A program made the position numbers and the translations under genes. A DNA stretch of 63,279 nt, the filler included, from Choristocarpus tenellus KU-1152 (lineage: Eukaryota > Protista > Phaeophyceae): NCBI GenBank assembly GCA_964200185.2. It is 13 parts of 13 records of this genome, joined end to end, with 100 filler letters (N's around TTAATTAATTAA, not from the genome) between each part and the next. Parts side by side here need not be neighbours in the genome. Positions count along the whole stretch, not along the records: positions 50,070 to 54,691 come from CAXNAD020013754.1; positions 54,792 to 60,385 come from CAXNAD020010304.1; positions 60,486 to 63,279 come from CAXNAD020024695.1; 10 more parts are not named here. One strand, written 5' to 3'. Shown piece by piece: positions 50,325 through 63,279 of the stretch. Below the pieces are notes generated by a model, which made no database searches, had not been told where the DNA came from, and saw nothing but the letters and a program-made list of their open reading frames with translations. Numbering within the stretch: the first letter of the stretch is position 1; every line of letters starts with the position of its first letter.

Positions 50325-52801
50325 CTTGAGGTTTCGAACAGCCTGCTTCACTCTGTAGCTGTCCTCAATGGTGTAGAAGGGGATGGCGTTTTCTAGTGCT
50401 CCCTTCACTCCAGACGCCCCAGCAGTTGGGTCTCCTCCTAGTGCCAGCACAAGGGTGTTGTACTTCAAGGGCCGTGCTGATGATAGAGAGAGGGGAACAG
50501 CGGTAGGTGTAGGGTCGGCCCCAAGGGGAGTTGGGGGCAGGAGGGCAGGAAGAAAGCAACGGAACCAAGCATTGTCATTGAGTCAGAATAATTTTGGTCA
50601 GAGAGGTAAATAAGGTTGTGGTCTAGTTGTGGTGGGGTAGATCCGACAAAAAAAACTGGTAATGGTATGGTGGATGCAAGCATACAATTGTCAGAGATAG
50701 ACCTCATACTGTCACATCGCCTCATTGACCCCCGCTTATTTAATCAGTGGCAGTCCCCAAATTATCGGAAAAAAATAAAATAAAAATTGGCAGCCCATTG
50801 CGTTTCGGAGTCCCTCTTTGCACCCCAAGTCTTGGTGCAGACTGGGAGCATGACGTAAGGCATTTGTTGCATAACTGAGGAGTTTGAATCAGTCTTCGCT
50901 GCAATTGAACTCATGGGGAGAGACCGCATTCAACATGCCATCAGCTTATTGGTAATTGAAAAGTCACACAGAGAGGCTGATAGATCAGATGGGGGGCACC
51001 CCTATTGACAACTCTAGTTAAAATGGCAATTCAATCGATTAGGGTCAGAGAGGTGAGAGCTGGCTTGAACTTTGAGGGTACCATGGAGGAGCCGCAAAAA
51101 TAGCAGAATCTCAGCAAAGTAGAACAGAGACATCCAATCAGAAGTTTTGTCGAAAATCACTGAAAAATTCGAAAAAAATATTCTATCAATTATGTACCTG
51201 TTAAGCCTATCGAGGCCGGGGTTAAAGGGGGTATTATATCGATCTGTCCAAGAAAACAATGCATCGGATGCTTGTGTAACTGTAACAACACGAAGGCGTG
51301 CACGATTCAAATAATTTTTTTTATCATGGATACAGAAAATAACACATCAAGAATGCCACCCAATTTCTCACATTGGTTGGGATCATCAGAGATGACACAC
51401 CCGCTAAGGTCGTCGGACACTGCCCCAGACACCATCACCTCCTTCCCTTCGAGGTTTAGCCCATCAACAGTACCCTGAACAAACGATATATCAGTGCCAG
51501 CCAGCAGGTCTCGAAATGTTGGGGCCACCTCATCCAGCTCCGCATTACCCACTAAGAAGTCAAAGTGTTGGGCAAAGGGGGAGGGTGTGTAAAGATACAT
51601 CACGCAGAGAGTGGGGGATACAAAGTGCAGCCTGAAAACAGGGATGCTGCAAAGCACCTCAAACTTGAAAAATAGATTGAAATTTTTTTATGTTGTCTTT
51701 GAGAAAGATTCTGACAATAGATGTATTGAGTTGGTTAGTCGTTGTGAATTATCCCAGAGTAGTAAATCACACCTTCAATTGCACACAATTCAAACTAGAG
51801 ATGCTTGAGGGTGTGGCCATGGGTATTACAATGAATCTAGTCGCAGTTAGGGAATAACAATAAAAGTTCAATGACCATGACACTTCACCTCATTCCGACA
51901 ACATGGGCCATGTTGTGACCTTCAGAACTTAGCATCAACGTATTTGAAGCGTATCTCGCACAGGGAGAGATCAAGTACCTTGGACACGGTGCGATTGAAA
52001 CATGAATCGATCTGAGCTAGGGCTCACCAGCAAACTCGTACAGAAGAGGTAAGAATGTAAACTTGTCTCTCTTATCCACAAGCGTGATTTGGGGTTTCCG
52101 CCCTCTCCAGGGTAGGTTGTTCAAACGAAGGGCGGTGTACAGTCCACCGAACCCTCCACCGACAATGCAAATGTGATCTGCTTGAGTCTGTGCTTCCACA
52201 GTCCTGAATTAAAACATTTAAATGAATCAGTAGGTCATGCATTACTTAGAGGCACGATCTCGAAGGCGACCTTGCGGAACCAGGTGTGAAAAGGTCACCT
52301 CAGATGAATAGGCAAGGGCTCTCGTCTTGCGTGTAAAGATCTCAGGGTCTACTATATGTGGAAGTTTGACAATAAGAGTGCAAGGCCATCATTCAACGAA
52401 TTTTACTTCAGGAAGCAATTACTGCTCTGGGCATAGGTTGTGAGAGGATCAAGGCCTTTGCTATACAAGTACCTTTGTATCCCCTCTACCGACGCCGCAT
52501 TCATGATAATAGCTGCCTCCGAAGCAGAGCTTGGATCACTTCCGTAAGCCAATCGTCCGCTCCAGCATGGTACCTTCAACAATCGTCCTCCAATTCCATA
52601 TGACGCCCTGGCTTCCATTACAGGATAAACTGACGCTCGCACACCTCGCCAACCGGACACAGCAGTTTCGTGCCTACAACAGTTACATTGATGTTCCAGG
52701 GCACCAACAGCGGAAATTAGAGGTGCAGGGATGAATCCCTGCCCCAAGGCAACTTTCATTGCCAGTAGAACAAGGATGGGGTAGGTGTTTCGAGACATCA
52801 T
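50325..52801 (-). CDS. NDC1: Type II NAD(P)H dehydrogenase, NDC1/NdbB (demethylphylloquinone reductase)-like, plastid-targeted; 5' four exons (52801-52473, 52203-52028, 51551-51372, 50476-50325)
   Basis: ICIVGGGFGGLYTALRLNNLPW..KPQITLVDKRDKFTFLPLLYE, EVAPTFRDLL, YNTLVLALG and GALENAIPFYTIED. N-terminal hydrophobic signal ending GQG|FIPAP followed by a transit-like region. Phases are consistent; the 3' half is cut by a linker. Confidence 0.9.
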
Positions 52802-54648
52802 GGCATACACCCAGCTCAGGGTAGGTTCACCAGAGAAGGCAACTTTGAAGTGAAGAGTGTGTGTCAGTTTCTTTGGTAGACTCTCAACACGCGCAAAGAA
52901 GGTTTCCACGCGCGCGTCTTTTTTCGGGGTTCTTCTTGTTCAGGTAATTTTGAATTCTTGATTATTCAAGATTATTGGGTTGGAATTTTGTCATGTATTG
53001 GGGAAGCAAGTATAGATGGGTTACGAGTCGACCGTGAAACATGAAATGGATGTACGTCCTGTGTATCTGTCGCCCCGGTTCCTCGTGCATTGCGCAAGTG
53101 ATCGTCATATTGTTCACGGTACCAAGGTGAGCGAGTCAAGGACTAAAGTTTAAGATTTGACGTTTATTCCCTTCCACCCAGTGCATTCAAACAGTGGACG
53201 CTAGCTCGAAAAGGTGTTACTGTTCGCCATAATAAATTGAAAGGAGGCGTATGCACAAGATAAGTTGACATATTGTTTCAAAAGTTGGAACAAATTTCGC
53301 TCAAGGAGGGTTATGATCCAAAATGCTTGGGGGTGCTCTGAGTTTCTTCCAGCCATCTTTCATCCACAAGATGCAACAGTTCGAAGGAGAGAACTTGGAA
53401 TTTCTGTGCTAATATTGAGTGACATGGCATTCACTGGCGGTTGCAGGTCCTAGTTGAAATTGAATACTACTCTCAAGCTCATGCACCTCGACCCCATACA
53501 AAATAGTGCAAAGGAACTCTATTGCATACATAGTGTGTGACGGTTGCATGCCTCATTGAACAATGGTGAGTTGTTGTGGCTAGAATCTGCTTGTCCATAA
53601 AAGTAGTAGTAATAACCATCAACCCCAATTACCCACAAGAGGGGGCAAAGGATACTAACTAAAATGACAATTTAAACATGATCAATCTAATGGCAGAGGG
53701 GTCCCAACGCTCGGCTCCTATCTAAGCTTTGTAGTGAATACTGTTCTTGCCCAACCAGCTGAGAGTCCGTGAGCTTTGCAAAAACAGCGTGCAGCAAGGA
53801 ACCATGCAATTTATAGTAAATATATTAATACTATGAACACATATACACTTGCCCCCCTCAACCACATGAATTCTTTAAGAAGCTCATCTACAAAACTCTC
53901 AAACAAAAGAAACCGGCTCCATACTATATCTTAGGACACTGTCACTTTAATCATAGGGTATGCAGCGGGGAGGGGGGTTACTGCATAAGAGAGTTTGACA
54001 TCACAGCTGAAATAAAAAACTGTGCTATTTTGTGTGTAAATTAATCATCCACAACAATTCTAGGAAATATGTACTAAAAGCACTATGGTTTCAATGCATG
54101 CACACCTGTAGTGGAACAGGACTATGTACGCTATGGGAAACATTCTTATCTAAGTATCGGTTTCCTGGATCCCTATGTAGAGGAGAATCCGAAACGATGT
54201 GTGAAAAGGCAGCACACAGATACATGACCTGTGGTAACCTTCCATAACAATGCTCTAGAAAAAGGAAGATGAGCAAGAACATGAGTGGATCTCTCGAAAT
54301 AAACAAGATAAAGTACTAGCACTTAGTATGCAGTGAGGACAAAGACGTATCTGTGCACCCACTTGAAAGTCAAGAAATTCCTAAGAAGAGTTTTTAGCAG
54401 TCCAAGGATGCAGCACACGTGCGCAGTTGGAATTTTTCAAATTCTATCGACATCTATGATAACAACAATTAACTGACGTTTCATGCCCAATAGAAGTGCT
54501 GCATCTTGGTGTGTCCCTTTCCCTGCAACGTTCCATCCCCCCCCCTTCTGCCCCCCATTCCCTCAACCTCTTCTGTTGAGCCTCTAATAGGCAATCCACC
54601 CACCTGGGTGCTACCTCTAACCTCCCCCATCAAGGGCAATGGAGCCCC

Positions 54649-54685
<37 letters not shown>

Positions 54686-54883
54686 CCCTCCNNNNNNNNN
54701 NNNNNNNNNNNNNNNNNNNNNNNNNNNNNNNNNNNTTAATTAATTAANNNNNNNNNNNNNNNNNNNNNNNNNNNNNNNNNNNNNNNNNNNNGGGGGGAAG
54801 GGGGGGGGGATGGGGGGGGGGGGGGGGGGGGGGGGGGGGAGGGGGAATTAGAGGGACGTCTATTGGAAAAGTTGGGTGAACTG

Positions 54884-54918
<35 letters not shown>

Positions 54919-55467
54919 AAAATGTGTACTATTAATAGAAGTTAATCACTGAAGTCATTTAATAATGAAGGTAGAGTATCACTATCACTATTAACACTAG
55001 TTTTTTTTAACAGTACAAGAATAATAATACCAATAATACCAATGTAATATGTTCATCCCAAGCTAAAAAACACATTACATTACACCAGCAACAACACACC
55101 GCCTTACCAATGAATAGAACACTAGAATATCTCTACAAATGGGTTTTTAACCCTAACCCTAACCCTAACTCTAATCCTAAGCAAAGACCAATGAAGACAA
55201 ATAAAAATATATATCCTTGGTTCACACCCCTACCTGTAGTACCTTGTGTGTCACCACTAATACATAAACTCACTTCACTCAACAACAAAAAAATATCGAA
55301 ATCTACCCTAACCCTAACCCTAAAAAAGAAAACAAAAACATATTCCCTGGTATAATGCAAATAGGAGAAGATACAATGTTAGACCCTGCAAACCAGTCCC
55401 ACCATACACTACCAATTTTGTTTCTTTAAATATCATAAATCAGCCAAGAATTGTCCCTCACTCTGAC

Positions 55468-57343
55468 CTGCCAAAGACTGCTGGGGCACCCATGGCATCC
55501 AATCTTTCCCCCCTCCCCAGTGATTCCATGCTCTTGGTTCTCTCCACCCACAGCATCCCTCAAAGCCTCCAACTCACAGACATCCAGAACAAACGCATCC
55601 TGAGGCCTCCTCTTTAGGAACTCCTCCGAGGGAGGCCTCTCAAAGATGACTTCCCACAGGGTAATCCCCAGACTGAACATATCTGATGGGAAGGAGTATG
55701 GACTATCCTCTTCGCCCAGGAGAGCCTGCATACAACACAGAACACAGAATACACAACAGAAGAAACATACAAACACGCCTTTCAGGTATTGACTGTTAAA
55801 ATAAAAATAAGCGATAAATCATAATGATGGTACACTCTATGTAATAGTAATAGAAATAATAAATAAACATAATGGGGAGTGAATGGGGGGGGAGGAGATA
55901 CGGTAAGATGATGTGGAGTTTCATTGGTGACTTTGTAAGGTATACCCTTTGAATTAGTACCAGCAAGGTTAGTTGCACAGGAGTGTGTGCTTGACCTGTA
56001 GCCTCTATTCAATTCAAAATTGAATCATTTTCTTACAAATAAATTTCCTCAAGGGGGCACAAATGTTCTTACAAAAAAAAACAATACTCTGCTCTCAGGG
56101 CGTCACAATAGATATAAATAAAACAAAGGCCTCAGAAAAATAAAAAACAATTTGAGAGACCACTTGATAGTATTTATTATTACTTTCATTATACTTTTAC
56201 TATTGCATTACAAACATACTTCCAAGTACAGTAGTGGGTCCACATTCTAATAGAAAGGGTAAAAATAATACTATCAACGCTTGAGGGTGAGGGTCACACT
56301 TGCACACCGTCTTTGACACCCCTATACCCCATACCCCCTAACCCTATATCGAACATAGAACTTATCAAAATCAGATTGAAATAGTGTTCTATCACTACTC
56401 CAATACACACACACACATATATATATATTTTCTAATAATATATGTATCACACAATAAAAATAAAAGAAACAAAATTCAGTTAGGGTTAAGGTTAGTAATC
56501 CGTACTCCAATTAGAACAAAATTTAAAATATAAAACAAGAAATCGAAGACCAGCACGCCTGGCCATACTGGTATACTATGACACATACTATGACACACCC
56601 GAGAACACCAATGCAATAGCTCATCCACAACATCCGGCCAATGGAATGCACTTCTCAACACGGAAACAACAACAATGACGGTCAGCAGCAACATGTGCAC
56701 CAATCAAATCATACCCCACAAATCTCACCCAGTCAATGAGATGCATCTTGCACTCTCTAAGCAAGTCCCTACCTTTCCAACCCTGACTTTCCTATCACCA
56801 ACTGTATTGAACTCAGTGACACTCTGAGACATAAAGAGACGTAAGATATTAGACCAAACTCAACACTCAAAATAGCACTGCTTTATTATTATTTAATAGG
56901 GTTAGGGTTAGGGTTAGTGGGGGGGTAAATTGTGTGTACTGGGGGGATATACAGAGTGGTCAAGGGGAAATTCGAAAAATCCAACATTGAATTTACGACA
57001 TCTCAAGACCATGACATCAAAGCCATCGATGGTGTGGAAAACCCTTAATCCTCATTATAATTCAATGTTTCACATACATTGCATCTCTTCGATTTTTATT
57101 TTTTATATTTTATTTAATTAAAATTAAAAAGAAATATATTCACTACTGATACTATTACTGTCTTGACAAAAAAAAAATCTCACAGAAATAAAAATCCTTC
57201 TGCCATACATTTAACTCTATAATAATAATAATAATATTTTATAGTGGTAGAATACACACATCAAAAGAAATCAAACAAGAGGTTAGGGCTACAGGTAGGT
57301 CAAAGGGAAGCATTCTTCTACCAACACCCCCCAAACGATCTAG

Positions 57344-57376
<33 letters not shown>

Positions 57377-59909
57377 GGTGAAACTGCAGAATGTATCCAT
57401 GATACATGTATCACTAAAAGAGTATGTCAAACTATTTTCAAATGCATTCAAATGTATCACTAAATGTCCTGTATTGTATGCATGCTCTCTCGAATGCCAT
57501 CAGTAAGAACACTGGGGGGGGGGGGGGGGGGGGGGGGGTGGTTGGGGGGAATTGAAGTCACCTCTGGGCTCATGAACTCATCAGTGCCAGCCACGTTCTT
57601 GGTCTTATTGATGCTGGCGTCGTGGATTGTCAGATTGAAATCACATAACTTTGCCCTCCAGTCATGAGTCACGAGAACATTGGGGGTTTTGATGTCTCTA
57701 GACAGAATAGCATCAGAACAGAATAGGACAGAACAGAATAGCATCAGAATTATGGTACCATCAAACGTAAGTGTTGGAAAAGGTTGGTATTTTAAATAAA
57801 TGTAAAATAAATTTAAAAGAAGTGGAAAATAAGAACTAAAAAACAATTTTTGAAAATCTTTAAAAGATCAAGTATTGTCCAGTCCAATCAAAACAATTTG
57901 ATACAATGGCAAAACAAAAACAAAGGCTACTGCAAACCAAACATTTCATAGGGCGTTTTGTTTACCAAGTCACTAATAATATCACTAATAATATGGCGTA
58001 CACAACCAGAACAGAATGTGACATATAATAGTAAAATTATCACCTTGAATATGTAAGATAGAATGATTATAATAATCTAGAATATGTGAGATATAATAAT
58101 AAATTATCACCTTGAATATGTAAGATACAACAATCAATAATCTAGAATATGTGAGATATAATAATTGTCCTGCCATCAGTTCCTCTCAAAGAAATATTTC
58201 ACCATACCTATGCTTGCAACAAGAACACCCCCCAATCTACAACACAGTTTTCCACAAACCTGTGAAGGATGCTTGCATCATGAAGGACCATCAATGCCTC
58301 CGCCATGTCAATCATAAGCCGTGTCTTGAGGCCCCATGAGAGTCTACCCCAAGCGCTGAGAGCTTCTCTAAGGGCACCCCTCTCACAGAGTTCCATCACC
58401 ATCATCACCTGCACATATACCACCACCACCACCATCATCATCATTATCATCATCATCATTACCATTATTATTAGATTTGAATAGTACTATTGTACTGAAT
58501 GTAGACAACATGTGTATGTATACATTATTATTATTGCTATTATTATATATGTATGTATACATTATCATCATTATTGTTATTATCCTGGGCATGGATCCCT
58601 TACAACCATGATGTTTTGTATGTATTTTATTTAAAACATACTTGGAAGTACTTGATAATAAAACAAAAAATCTAAATATTTGTTGGGTTTTTATTTTATT
58701 AGGTCGTATACATCGCAGATAAAATAAAAATATATATATCAACTATTGATAGTTGGTACACCTTTCTGAGTACATGCCAACATAGGCAGAGTAACAATGT
58801 TTATTGTATGTAACTCTATCCTTGAGTGTGCATGTTGTCAACTTGGAATGATAAATAATAATAATAATAATAATGATCAAAGTAGTCGTGTTATTAGATG
58901 GCATAGATTAAGTTTCTTTGTACAGAAAAATAGAAAGAAAAAATAAAATTAATCCATCTCTCATCCTTTAAAAAAAAAAAATAACCTACCTTCTGTTTAA
59001 AATAAATTATATTTAAAACACAATACTGCCCATCAATTGAAAGCTATTTGGAGGATGCTCTTGGATACTCCAATCAAGACTTTCAAATGCTCTACATAGT
59101 ATTCAACTTGATCATAACATATACAACAAAAGGTATCCCTGTACATACACACACAATACACATGCATACATACACACACATAATACATACATACATACAT
59201 ATACACATAATACATACATACATATATATATATACATACACACACATAATACATACACCCATACATATACATACATATACACAACACATAACACCCATAC
59301 ATATGAGTGCTACTATCATTTGCTTGTTTGACGTGCATGCCTATCAGTACCAATCAATGACAGTTACAGTTACAGTTACATTTACAACCTCCGCAATATG
59401 GTGGTTAATTTATTATCTATTTATTTATCTAAGTTATCTATTATCATTATTATTGTTCTCACTTCAGTATCAACCCTAACCCAAACTTACATTATTTTTC
59501 TTATGCATCATTCCACATCATACACTACAAAAAACAAGACGCAAATGGACTCCCTCCACTGTATACCTTACCAATTTTACGAAGTCCCAACAAAAAACAC
59601 TCTAAAAAAAAATAAAACACAAAAAATAATAAAAAATCTAAAAAGTAACTACTTTCCAAAACACACACACATAAAAACACTCAAATATGTACAATGTTTT
59701 TTATTTTATCCCACCAAACCCTCAACAGCAACACCCAACCCCACCAACTAACTAACCTTGGGAGGTGAAAGGCCATGTAGAAGAGCAGCTCCATCATAAT
59801 GGACAAGTCTCTCAGTACGTCTAGCCAACATCTTCAGGACACCTAGTTCACCCAAAAGGTTTGCTTGCTGCAGAGCATCCCCAGGCACCTCCTGCATCTT
59901 CACAGCTAC
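55468..59909 (-). CDS. TKL-group protein kinase (LISK/TESK-like), internal exons 59909-59757, 58408-58260, 57697-57562, 55725-55468
   Basis: VAVK, alphaC Glu (GELGVL), MVMELCERGAL, HRDIKTPNVLV, KLCDFN, AGTDEFMSPE and SDMFSLGITLWE, in phase. Gly-rich loop and subdomain XI exons are not in this contig. Confidence 0.92.
58034..58165. repeat. Intronic tandem duplication, 2 x ~67 bp
   Basis: aaattatcaccttgaatatgtaagata...aataatctagaatatgtgagatataataat occurs twice. Confidence 0.85.
59140..59305. repeat. Compound (ACAT/AC/AT)n microsatellite
   Basis: Directly visible; it generates several spurious ORFs. Confidence 0.9.
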
Positions 59910-59983
59910 CTAATAAAATAAAACACGCACAATAAACACAAAAAGAAATGGTGTTCAGGATATATTGGGGACACCTCTTGAAT

Positions 59984-60385
59984 TGTCACAGCTACATACA
60001 TACATACATAAATTCATCCATACATCCACTGCAGTCTCTTGCAGTGGACACGGCTACTACAATCAACGTATCACTGACTGAACAACAACGCCTGCATGAT
60101 ATTGGCAACACCATACAAACAAAACACATAATATGGCATTGATCGCAACAGAGATAAACAACAATACAACACCATATTGCTCTGCCAATCCCCGACTCCT
60201 TTATCAAAACAAAAGAGGAAATTTCCTCATGGAAGCAGCAGAAATTTCTTCCACGACTTGCTGGAATTCCTTGACTAACCTCAATATTTCCTTTCAGTAT
60301 CAGAAAATTCCTCATCAGTAACAAAATTTTGCCTACTTGGTCAGCTCCTTCTTGTGCCCCCCGGCTGGTGCCTCCCGCCCCCCCC
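59984..60385. mobile_element. Probable LTR end inside the kinase intron
   Basis: Begins TGTCACA (typical TG..CA LTR terminus) and runs to the contig end; no partner LTR is visible. Confidence 0.35.
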
Positions 60386-60485
60386 NNNNNNNNNNNNNNN
60401 NNNNNNNNNNNNNNNNNNNNNNNNNNNNNTTAATTAATTAANNNNNNNNNNNNNNNNNNNNNNNNNNNNNNNNNNNNNNNNNNNN

Positions 60486-63279
60486 GTGCTCCATCAAATT
60501 TCTTGCTAAAGTAAGCCACAATATGAAGTGAGGAATTCGTTGGATCATCTGAAGCTTTTTGAGCAAGAAAACCACCACTACCCAGGTTGGAAGCATCCAC
60601 GTGTACCACAAACGATATTGAGAAGTCTGCATAATGTAAAAGGGGGGCCGATGTTAATGCCATTTTTATTTTTTCTAATGCATTATAATGAACTGATGTC
60701 CATGCTTTTCCAATTTCACCAGAAGGACGAGAGATGAATTCCTTACGTGTAAATTTTAGAAGGAGTTCTGTCAGATCTGTATAATGAGGGATGAAATTTC
60801 GACAAAAATTGCACATACCAAAGATAAGAACGAATATCCTTTATCGTTCGGGGAGTGGGCAGGTCAACAATAGCTTGAATTCGAGCTTTTCCAAGACGTA
60901 CCCCTGCACTAGAGACAATATGACCAAGGTATTCAACTTCTGCTGGACCAAACTTCCATTTAGGAGGTTTTGAAGTGAGGCCAGCATTCTGAAGGGCATG
61001 AAAAAGCTTTTCAAGCAAAGTTATATGGTGTTGCCAAGTGGACGAACAAAGAATGAGATCATCCATGTAACACAACAGACCTGACCCCGTGCCAAAATCA
61101 GATAGAGCTCAAGCCATCATACCTTGAAAAATAAATGGAGCATTGCTCAAACCAAAAGGAAGTCATTTTCATACAAACTTGCCTTTATGGGTGACTAAAG
61201 CAGTCTTGTCAATGTCTGCTTCCGCCACAGGAATCTGATGACATGCTGATTGAACATCTGCAACAGAAAGAAATTTTGCTGCACCAATGGAATTAAGATG
61301 TTCTTCAGCTAAAAGCACGGGCCAAGAACGTTTAATTAGGTGTTTATTTATAGTCCTCCGATAATCAATGCAGAATCTTGGGGTCCCATCTGCTTTAGCG
61401 ACAATAGTAACAGGGGAGCCCCATGGGCTAGAACGAGGTTCAATTAATCCTTGGTTTTGTAAATCGTCAACGCTTTTATCGATAATACCTCTCACTTGTG
61501 GATTGGTACGGTATGGTGCTTGAATAATCGGTCTGGTACCTGGTTCGAGAGGAAAATCGGCTTCCGCAATGGTGCAAGTTCCCAATTCAGAGGTATCAAG
61601 GGAGAATACTGAACGGAATTTGGAACAAAGATTCAGAGTTTCTTGTTTTTGAGATGAAGAGAAAGTAGTGTTGATAAAAGCAGGTTTCAACGCATTATCA
61701 AGACGCTCTCGATCAGGTCAAGATATAGATGTTGCAGAAATAGTGTGAGATTGTTAGGTGTTGATTATGTTTGCAGGGTAGATGTGACCAAGTAAAGTAT
61801 TCTTGGGTAAATGAACTGTTTGTGAGGATATATTAGCAATTTGTACCACCCCTGACCCATCATCAGAATCCCACGTTGTAACTGTCCGGGCAACAGCAAT
61901 AAATTGCCAAGGATAATTACTATTTAATGATTTGATATCATGAAATGAACAGACACGTGGTTCTACAACAGTATCACAAGCAACAGAGGGGTTTTCCTCA
62001 CTTACAGCAGATACAAGCGTTTCAGATTCTGGTGGAATGGAAATTTTCTCCTTCAAACGAAATGGTGTAGAAGGAACTTTGCTTGTATAGCTGCTATTTG
62101 AACAGGGGATGACATATCAAAAGAAGGGGTAGTACAATGAATAGCAGGTAGGACAGTTGTACTTTTTTGGAATGATAACCTTCCTTTTGAGTTTTCCAGT
62201 CATATGCCGCTCCAAAAGCATCAAGAATACTGTTATCAAGGAGAACATCATCAGGTCTTAAAGTGGGCAACACTAAAGCTTCAACTGGGATTGTAATATC
62301 ACCTAATTGAAGAGAGAACCTGACAAAGAAGTATTTTTGTTAAGACTATTCTGAACCTAAAGGAAAAATTGAATGCGAAGCATGTTTATCCTGAAAATGT
62401 TGAGATATAAACTGTGCTTGTGGAGCTAATGCTACACAAGACGAATCGTATTTCGCTCGTTTTATAACCCCATCGACTCTTGTGCTAGAACCGACTTCTG
62501 ACCCAAAAGAACTACCGGGGTTAAATGTCTTCTGGGCCCCATCAATTCCTGCTGTACTTTCTAGCTCTGGCTTCCTCTATCTTTTTCTGCTTCTCCTCTT
62601 CCGTAACTCGGGGTGGCGCTCCCTGCATGTCAACATAATCCCTACACCATGCCCATTCATGTTTTGTTTTTTTTGTTGACAATGGGGATTCTCGCATGTA
62701 AACCTATTTGACGAACGGTCGTCGTGTCCACGTATTGCTCCTTTTTGATGACCATAAGTGGAGAGCATCGAAGTGGGCTTCGAGGAGGCGTGAACGTTGT
62801 TTAAACGTCCACTAAATTGTCGATTTAAAGTTCGAACTTCTCGCTCGAGCCGCTTATTGGTTGCTTGAAGTGCCGCCATTTTTGACGAAGGAAACTTAGG
62901 CTGTGCGGCGTGACCGGCGGAAACAGCAGAGACAGCAGTCGTAACAGTCGACGGAATCGAAGAGACAGGGGCAAGAGCGTGGGCGTGTCTTTTTCCCGTT
63001 AAATTATTGGCTTCGTGACGTTTTGCTCGAGTGATAGCTTCAGGCAATGTGGAAGCGAAATCTTCACTGAACTGTTTTAGCTGAAGATGGGGTTGTAGTC
63101 CACCTTCGAAAATGGCAATTGCAATTTGATCGATATATTTACGATCGCTTGAATCTGGAGATGAACGGTCAACAGCTGTAGTAAATCTACCAAGAAGGTG
63201 TCGAAATCGAAGGGCATATGCTGTTAAAGTATGCCCAAAATCATCAAAGAGGATAAAGGTGATAAACCCGGCGAGATTG
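60486..63279 (-). mobile_element. Ty3/Gypsy LTR retrotransposon internal region (gag, partial protease, RT, RNase H), frameshifted
   Basis: gag IFEGGLQPHL..LPEAITRAK plus a Cys/His knuckle; protease C-terminus VEALVLP..DVLLDNSIL; RT PYR..SSPWGSPV..RFCIDYR..YMDD..YLGH; RNase H VHVDASNLGSGGFLAQ..VAYFSKK. Order PR-RT-RH. Confidence 0.96.

Noticed and set aside
53016-54310. Divergent + strand gene upstream of NDC1 (MGYESTVKHEMD...)
   Set aside because: Plausible ATG and donor at 53126, but I could not build a consistent exon chain or recognise a domain.
59033-59479. His/Tyr/Cys-rich ORFs, and poly-Pro/Gly ORFs elsewhere
   Set aside because: Translations of microsatellites and homopolymers.

Overview
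Eukaryotic nuclear DNA, intron-rich and TE-rich. By inference it is a photosynthetic stramenopile, probably a brown alga or close relative (bipartite plastid-targeting leader, GT-AG introns, TTAGGG repeats). The window is not one continuous locus. It consists of 13 short contigs (about 3-8 kb) joined by twelve 100-bp N44-TTAATTAATTAA-N44 linkers, and most genes are cut at the linkers. Manual splicing recovers partial genes for an ALMS-motif protein, an ankyrin-repeat protein, a small CSPP1/CCDC66-motif protein, a nine-exon acyltransferase-like protein absent from the ORF track, a GT-A-like glycosyltransferase, a C2-domain protein, a plastid NDC1/NdbB-type NDH-2, a TKL (LISK-like) kinase with DFN in place of DFG, and two unknown proteins. 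Mobile DNA comprises two MITE families with shared TIRs (about 16 copies or ends, mostly 3-bp AWT-like TSDs), two plant-type mariner remnants, a Copia remnant, a degenerate Gypsy element, an LTR-like end and a possible tRNA-derived SINE. Short interstitial telomeric repeats are scattered throughout. I found no CRISPR array, Fanzor/TnpB, viral insert, rRNA or tRNA. I see no clear new multi-gene system. The most novel-looking items are the paired MITE families, the micro-exon gene and the minimal CSPP1-motif gene. All family calls come from motif recognition by eye, not from database searches.
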